Assembly: GCA_012295275.1 (NCBI GenBank)
Contig: CM022675.1
Coordinates: 9,796,001 to 9,860,000, forward strand
Direction: 5' to 3'
DNA from: Chrysomallon squamiferum
Taxonomy: Eukaryota; Animalia; Mollusca
Length of the DNA: 64,000 nucleotides
Position 1 is the first letter of the stretch; each line of letters begins with the position of its first letter. The notes under the pieces were generated by a model. It saw only the letters and a program-made list of their open reading frames with translations. It was not told the origin of the DNA and searched no databases. A program made the position numbers and the translations under genes. Of this stretch, positions 56,284 through 64,000 are shown piece after piece.

Positions 56284-56960
56284 TGTATATATGCACATAA
56301 TGTATGTTTGTACCTATAAGTTCACAAGGTCTTTCTCTGTTTTTCTTTCTGAATTACTCTCTGGATATATAACTGGCTTTTTCTTAATATCTTTGTCAGA
56401 ATTCTTTTTTTGTCTCTCTGTCTGTCTGTCTGTCTCTTTTTCTCTGTGACCTTTCAGAATTTATATCTCTCCCTCTTTCTCTCTGTATATTTCTTACACT
56501 GTATGTCTGTCCGTCTCTCTCTAAATTGTTTTTGTTTCTGTACCTCTACATAAACCTCACTCTAGAAAATAATAAAATAAAATAAAACTCCAATTTCAAA
56601 ATAGAAAATTTATTACTTTATTCTGACTACACCCAACCCAATCCACCATTGAAAAAAAAGTTTAAAAAATGTCTTTACTTACACTATATTCAAAATATCT
56701 CAAATTTAATTACTTTTCTTTCTCTTCTAACACCCTCCAAAACAACAAACCTGGAGGAAAAAGTTTTCACAAATACAAATATTTTTCCAAGCCAAAATTT
56801 CGTTTCTGTTTATTCCCAGTGTTTGTGACAGTTTTCGTGTTTTTGCTTCTTTTTCTTCTTTTTCTGAAGATATTCTCTTCAGACCAACACATTCTCTGCC
56901 AACACAAATAAAATAAAAAATGTGTTTAGAAGATTGAGAACAAATCTATTACAAGTTAGC

Positions 56961-57636
56961 TGAAATTCAACATGGCTGCCTTAATTTCGTGGATTGTTTT
57001 CTGTTTATGTTATTAATATTATTAACCTGTAATTTATTGATGCCAGATGAAATTCAACATGGCCACCATAATTTTCTGGATTGTTTTCCATTTGAAATAA
57101 TGTTTACTGTCTGTAATTTATAGATTTTTAGGTCAAATTTAAAATGGCTGTCACTGCTTCATGGTTGTTTTATTTAATTTATTTATTTATTTTATTTGTA
57201 TTAGTATTAATTACCTCAGTCTCAGCATTTATATGAAATCCAAGATGGCTGCTATAGTTATTTATTTTATTTTTTTGTTTTATTTTTTCTATTTGTATTA
57301 ATACTTACTACTTTTAAAGCATGTGTTTCGAATTAATTATGGCAGCCACACCTTCATATTATTGTGTTAAGTAATATTTATTCATAATATAATCATTTTC
57401 CACCATGATGCAGTTTCTGTTTGTATTAATATTTATCTTATTACATTTAATTTCTGCCAAAAAGATCAAATTCAGAATGTCTGCCATGTTTTTTTACATC
57501 ATTTTTACAGATTAATATATTTTGCTTTTTTTTTGGCTTATGTACAGTTAATACATCTTAGTTCAGAGACAGATATTTATCAGCACTCAGTTTTTTTAAT
57601 ACAAATTAATTTATTGTTATTTATTTATTTATATAT

Positions 57637-57675
<39 letters not shown>

Positions 57676-57694
57676 TTATTGTTATTATTATTAC

Positions 57695-57746
<52 letters not shown>

Positions 57747-57966
57747 TTGTTTTTTGGCTTTTATTGCAAGGATTTAATTTATATTAACTAGGTTAATATT
57801 AATACAGCAATAAATTTATTCTTCATAGATGATTTAAATCCAAGATGGCTGTCTTACATTTTTCCTTTCCCATTAAAAAATAATTAAAATGATATTTATT
57901 GCTATGGGTTGTTTTTTTTGCAAAGATTTAGCACAAGGAAACTTAGTATAATTCAAGATGGCTGAC
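56961..57966. repeat. Highly decayed tandem array (~85-140 bp period) retaining an AAATTCAARATGGCTGC core
   Basis: Eight motif copies at 56961, 57048, 57133, 57234, 57328, 57466, 57834 and 57947. Confidence 0.7.
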
Positions 57967-59887
57967 ATGGTCTATGTTTTTCTATTTTTTCTTGTTGTCA
58001 TCATCATCATTATTATTATAACTGTTTATTATTATTATTACTGCCTCTAGTTATACTATTACTACTGCCTTTTCTTTTCTATAATTATTATTTTAACTTT
58101 ACATTTTTTCATTTCGTATTTAGAGAACAACCTTCAGCTGCCTATATTTTTGTTTATTGAAAGGGGAGGTCACTCTGATTGTTTAGATTATCTCCCCTAC
58201 CAATATTAGCAATATGATGATTTATCAAAAGATCTGGATTTATCACCACTTTATTCTGGTTATTTGTTGTCAGGTCATACTTACTATAATTACTGGCTTT
58301 TACTTACGCTCTTAGTATCTTTGATTTATTTGTCCATCCATCACTAGATCGATAATTTATTGATCAATGTATCTATCCATTTTCCCTTTCTTTCCTCTTT
58401 CCATCCACATTTTCTAAATACTTTAAGTGTTGTTACAAAATGAGTAGGTTGGACTGGGGGATTATGAAGCAGGCAATTAATTTAGAAAACAAAAATGATA
58501 ATGAAGAACATTTTCTAAATATTTTAAGCCTTGTTACAACATGGGAGCTAGTTAGAACAAGAGATTAAGAAAAGAGTTGTTATTAGAAGTTGTTAAAACC
58601 TTCTGATAATGTCAGTAGTTTGTGTAGGTTAGAGAAACTGTTATATTTAACATTGCACCAGAACAAAATAAATTCCTGAGTCTAATTTGTAACAGACATT
58701 TCAAACATTTTTTCATACTGAATGTAACCTCGTAATTATCTCCCTTTTCAGTTATCTCCCCTGCTCAGTAATCTTCTGTTTCCAGTTAAGAAATAATATT
58801 TCTTTGTTTAGATATTTTCATTTTATTTTATGAAAAAATTTAATTTTATATATTTTATTTATTTATTTATTTATTTATTTATTGAAAAGAAGAAAATTTA
58901 ATGGCTTTGTGTTTTAAAAAAGGAAACAAAACTGGATGTTTTATTTGTGGGGTTTTTTTTGTTTGTTTTTTCATTATCATTATTATTATTTCAAATTTAT
59001 AAAAATGAAGATGAAAAAATAAAAAATAATAAAAAGAAAATAAATAAATAAATAAATAAATAAATAAATGACTGTCATTTTAATAAAATCTGAAAAAACA
59101 AAATGGCTGCTACAAGTCGAAACTATTTTCTACGCAGCAATTCATTATTTTTATTACCACTCCAGTTGAAGGATTCTTAGAAACTGGAAATAAAACAGAA
59201 GTGGTCTGACTTGTATGTAAAAAGAAAAAAGAAAAGAACGTAAAGGAAACAGCCATTGTTAAAAAAAAAGATGGCTGACAACGGTGCTATTTTCTACACA
59301 GTGTTTATGATTAATATCAGCACGTTAAGTGTATGAAACCTTAGAAAGTGAGAAGAAAGGAAATTTAATTTGAACTGAATGTACTATTGATACTGATGTA
59401 AGAAAAACACACAACCAAATAATAAATAAATAAATAAACTGAAATGAAATCTGAATTAAAACTAAAATCATACAAGACTTAGGAATGTGTAATTTTTGCT
59501 TTCAGATTCTGATTTTTGAACTCACATATTATATTTATTTTCCTTGTGTTCTTTCTTTCTATTTCATTCTTTTGCTACTCACACATTTCTTATTCTTTCT
59601 TTGTCTCTATTTTATTTTTTCCTTTCATTCTCAGTCTTACTATTCTTTCTCTCACTGTTTCTGACTTCCTCATTCTTTCATTCTCTCCCTTACCACTCCT
59701 TCTTCCCTCTCTCCCATCAGTTCTATTTCTCCTTCCTTCCTTTTTTTCATTTTCCTCTGTCTTAACTCTGTCTGTCTGTCATTCATCTTTTATCTTTCCA
59801 CTAACTTTCTCTCTCTTGCTGTCTTGCTTGCTGTCTTTCTTTTGCTCTCTCTCTCTTTCTGTTTCCATCTGTCTCTCATCTTTCTCT

Positions 59888-59952
<65 letters not shown>

Positions 59953-59975
59953 ATCTTTCTCATTATCTTTCTCAT

Positions 59976-60017
<42 letters not shown>

Positions 60018-62965
60018 GGTGTTATTATACACAACCACTAACTGGAAGTGGAGTGGACCTGTGGAAGTCGTAAATTATGGGGGCATATCTGATGACGTCT
60101 GTCTGTTTACTGGGGGTTGCATCAGGCGACTGATGTCATCATATCCCCTCTAAAAACTTCCGCTGCCCACTTGGGTCATTTTTTCTAGTGTCAAGGAAAA
60201 CACAAACCTTACTTCCTAGTTGTTAAGTGTTTTTCACATTAAATCGGTCAAAACAGATATCGTATTTTCGTTTCCATTTTCTAGTGAATTTTTTATGAAA
60301 GATTTATGATGTGATTTTTTTTTAACTGAAGGAAAACTTTGTTAATGGCTTTTCATTAAAGATTAACTGAAGTTAAAAAAAAATAATTAAAATGTATATA
60401 TATATAAAAAAACAATATTAAATGAAATGTAAAAGAAAATTTCATACAGAAGGTGCTTAATCTAATTATTAAATGAATATTAAAGACCATCCCCCCCCAA
60501 AAAAAATAAAAAAATAAAATAAAATAAATAAATAAATAAAAAAGTAATTACATTTTTAAATGAAAAAGTTAAAATTTTAAAAAAAATTAATAAAGAAAGA
60601 AATAAACAAAAAATTAATTTAAAAAAAATTAAACTGGAATCTTATTTAAATTCTACTGCTTTTCTTATGTCCTAATATTTTATTTTATTATATTTTTTGT
60701 TTATTTATTTATTTATTTTTTTTTTTTTCGATTCACCATTCTAAGTTATAATTTTATTTCAGATTAAAAAGGAAAAACGGTTATTATTATTTATATATAC
60801 AGAGACTTTTTTATATATTTTTATTATTTATATATAAACAGAACAAAACTAAAAATTAAAAAAAATATAGTTTCCAATCAAAGTATAAAACATATGAAAT
60901 ACAAAGTATTTTCCTGGAGGAAAAAAATCAAGTAAAATGAACATGTAATTAAATTATATTTTCAAGGATGTGCATGCTTGTGTTTTAAGTGGACTCAAAG
61001 AATCTTCACACCAGTTAGTGATGGGTATTAGCTGTTTACTTCATTCCCACTTTGTCTGGTGACGAGTTCATGGTGGGCTTCTGTCACGTAAACATTTAGT
61101 TGAAAGCAAAAGTATAATCACTGTAGTAATAAGTAGGTGCATCGTTTATTAGTTCCATGTGAAAATTTTCACACTTTTTTTTTTTTATGTTATAAATTAA
61201 GGAACTTTTGATTTTATGAAATATGGTTTTAGTTATATTTTAGGCGATTTTTTATTTCTTTCTTTGTTTGTTTGGTTTTTTTAGTTTGTTTATTTGTTGT
61301 TTAATATTATTATTTTATATAAAAAAATTATTATAGTATATTTATATATATATATATATATATTTATAGACTTATTTTATACATAAAAAAATTATTTATT
61401 CATTTTTTCAGTACTTGTTTCCACAGAACAAAGATATATAATCAATACATTTTTTTTTTTTTTAAATCACAAAATAAATAAATAACATAAAGAAAACCTC
61501 CAAAACAAATACACAGTCAAAAACAAAAACAAAACAAATAACTCCTAAATCAACATATGATTTTCTTCACATCATATCAAAGCAAAAAACAACAAAACTC
61601 CACCATATCATTTCAAAGAAAAAAAAGAAAAGATCTCAACAAAAACCAACTTGATATAACACCAAAGCAGAAAAAAAAAAAAAAAGGCCCCCCCACTCAC
61701 ATCATTTGCTTCATACCATACCAAAATAATAATAATAATTGAAAAAAATAAATAAAAGAATAAAAATAAATAAAACATTTCAGTATTAAATCGAAATGCC
61801 AAGATTCTTATTACCGATGCCACAGCAATCATTATTGTTGTTATTCTGTCGGCAGACATCTTGGAAAGTGAATTTGGAAAGTGTTAATACAGCATCTTAC
61901 AAAAGTGTTTGTGAGGTCTGAATACAGAACATTCCTGATTCTGTAGTCATTTGGTCTGTTGTCAGAATCATTAAAATATGTGTTTCGTTTTCGTTTACTT
62001 TTTGTGGCCTGTTAAAGGAAAATGCACACAAAAAGTTTTTCAGGTTTTTTGGTGGGTTTTTTTGACAAATTTTAATTTTCTAATATTGTTGTTGTTTTTG
62101 TTAATTATTTAAAAATTATTTTCATTTGTTATTTATTTATTTTATTATATTTTTCTGTTATTATTACTTAATATTATTGTTATTACCGTTGTGTTAAATA
62201 AATAAAATAAAATAAAATAAAATTAAAATTAAATTAAATTAAATTAAATTGAAAATGGGAAAATAAAGTGAAGAAAAAAAAAAGTTTTTAAACTTTTTGG
62301 ATTTCAAATAATCAATTTGTCAACACTTAGCTTTCTAAAGTTGAAAGTTGACAGTAGAAACTTAACATTTTCATGCAGCTCTTAAACATATTCTGTAATT
62401 TAAACCAAACAGTTAACAACTTAGTATCTGAAATTCAGCTTACATAAACTAACATAACAGACACATTTTTGTTACAATTTAAGTAACAGTCAATGATTGT
62501 AAGTGACTTTTTCATACCTTTATTTGAAACTGGTCATATGCAGTGTAACATGAGTGTATGTGTGTATGTATGTGTGTCTGTCTGTATGTTAGTAATTCTA
62601 TAGTTCAAAATGCCTGGATGTGTTTTAGTTAATGGGAGAAGTCATTAATATGAATTAGTGTTGATTTTGGAAGGAAATGCTTTTTGGCATGAAAAATACG
62701 AGTTTTACACTCTTCCAAGTCATTTCAGTTCTAATTTAATCATTTTGTGAGAACTGTTGTATGATATTATTATTACATAGATACATACATACATACATAC
62801 ATACATACATACATACATACACACTTATAAACAGCCACATGTATATATATACTTGTATGCACAAACACACACACACATACAGCCTTTATATACATACACA
62901 TACACATACACTTATATATATATATATATAATTATATACATACATTTATACATATATACATACAC

Positions 62966-63001
<36 letters not shown>

Positions 63002-63639
63002 ACATACATACATACATACATACATAGACATGCTTATAAACACACATACATACACACATACACACACACATCACCACATTTTCATTCAACTCTATACGAC
63101 ATTTTCACTTACACATACATACACACTGATAAAAACACACACACACACACATACATTATTAACCCCCCACTCACCCTCCACACGCCCTCACTCCCCCACA
63201 CAGATTCGCGTGCACGCTGTAGAGTCCGCTGTGATATATTACATTGATTCGACCAATCCCACATGAGAAAGAAGAGAAGACTGAGAGAGCGAGAGAGAAG
63301 AGAGAGAGAGGATGAGGAAGTTGGTAATTTCTACGAGGAAACTACTTCATTTTGATTTTCCTGTCAGTTTGAATTACCACTAGAGAAATGCGTTTGATAA
63401 AAATCTCAGAAAAATAATCAAGTGGGGTGGAGGTGGGGGGGGAGGAAAAATGAAAAGTCATTCATTGATAAACATGTAAACTGTGTTTTGTGGTATTCAG
63501 CATTTTTTTTTCTTTCTTTCATTCTTTCTTTCTTTCTCTCTCTCCAACTTATTTTTTTTTTTGGTGATCTCTTCCTGAATCTCTCTCTCTCTCTCTCTCT
63601 CTTTTGTTCTCTTATCTATGGTAATGATATTAATGATGC

Positions 63640-63703
63640 ATGTAATATATAGTAATAGTTAAAATAATAGTAATAATAATAATAATAATGAGTAATATAA
63701 TAG

Positions 63704-63753
<50 letters not shown>

Positions 63754-63960
63754 TATAATAATAATATATAATAATAATAATAATAATATATAATAATAAA
63801 TAATAATAATAATAATAATAATAATATATAATAATAATATATAATAATAATAATAATAATAATATATAATATATAATATATAATAATAATAATATATAAT
63901 AATAATAATAATAAGAATAATAATAATAATAATCTAATAATAATAATAATCATAGTAACA
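63640..63960. repeat. (AAT)n/AT-rich low-complexity tract
   Basis: Directly visible. Confidence 0.95.
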
Positions 63961-64000
63961 ATAGTAACAATAATGATAATTACAGAAGTAGAAATAGTAG

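Overview
AT-rich, microsatellite-dense eukaryotic DNA, probably invertebrate. A MetaSINE-like relic recalled from memory suggests a mollusc such as a gastropod (inference only). The main feature is a 28-exon + strand gene (ATG 3991, TGA 29810) that I spliced by hand along GT-AG junctions. It encodes an ER protein disulfide isomerase A5 (PDIA5/PDIR) homologue of about 880 aa: signal peptide, one non-catalytic thioredoxin-like domain, SIX CXXC thioredoxin domains (CGYC, CGHC x4, CDRC) and C-terminal KDEL. Vertebrate PDIA5 has three. The gene has two paralogous 13-nt microexons, two apparent single-base frameshifts (exons 25 and 27), five local duplications of exon/intron junctions and a 43-bp intronic minisatellite. 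Upstream lie a possible 3' end of another gene (97-1309) and CREB3/XBP1-type promoter motifs. The 30-64 kb half has no recognisable coding gene. It holds SINE relics, tandem arrays, a YY1-motif array and one site that is either a signal-peptide exon or a recursive splice site. Almost all ORFs in the supplied track are translated simple repeats.
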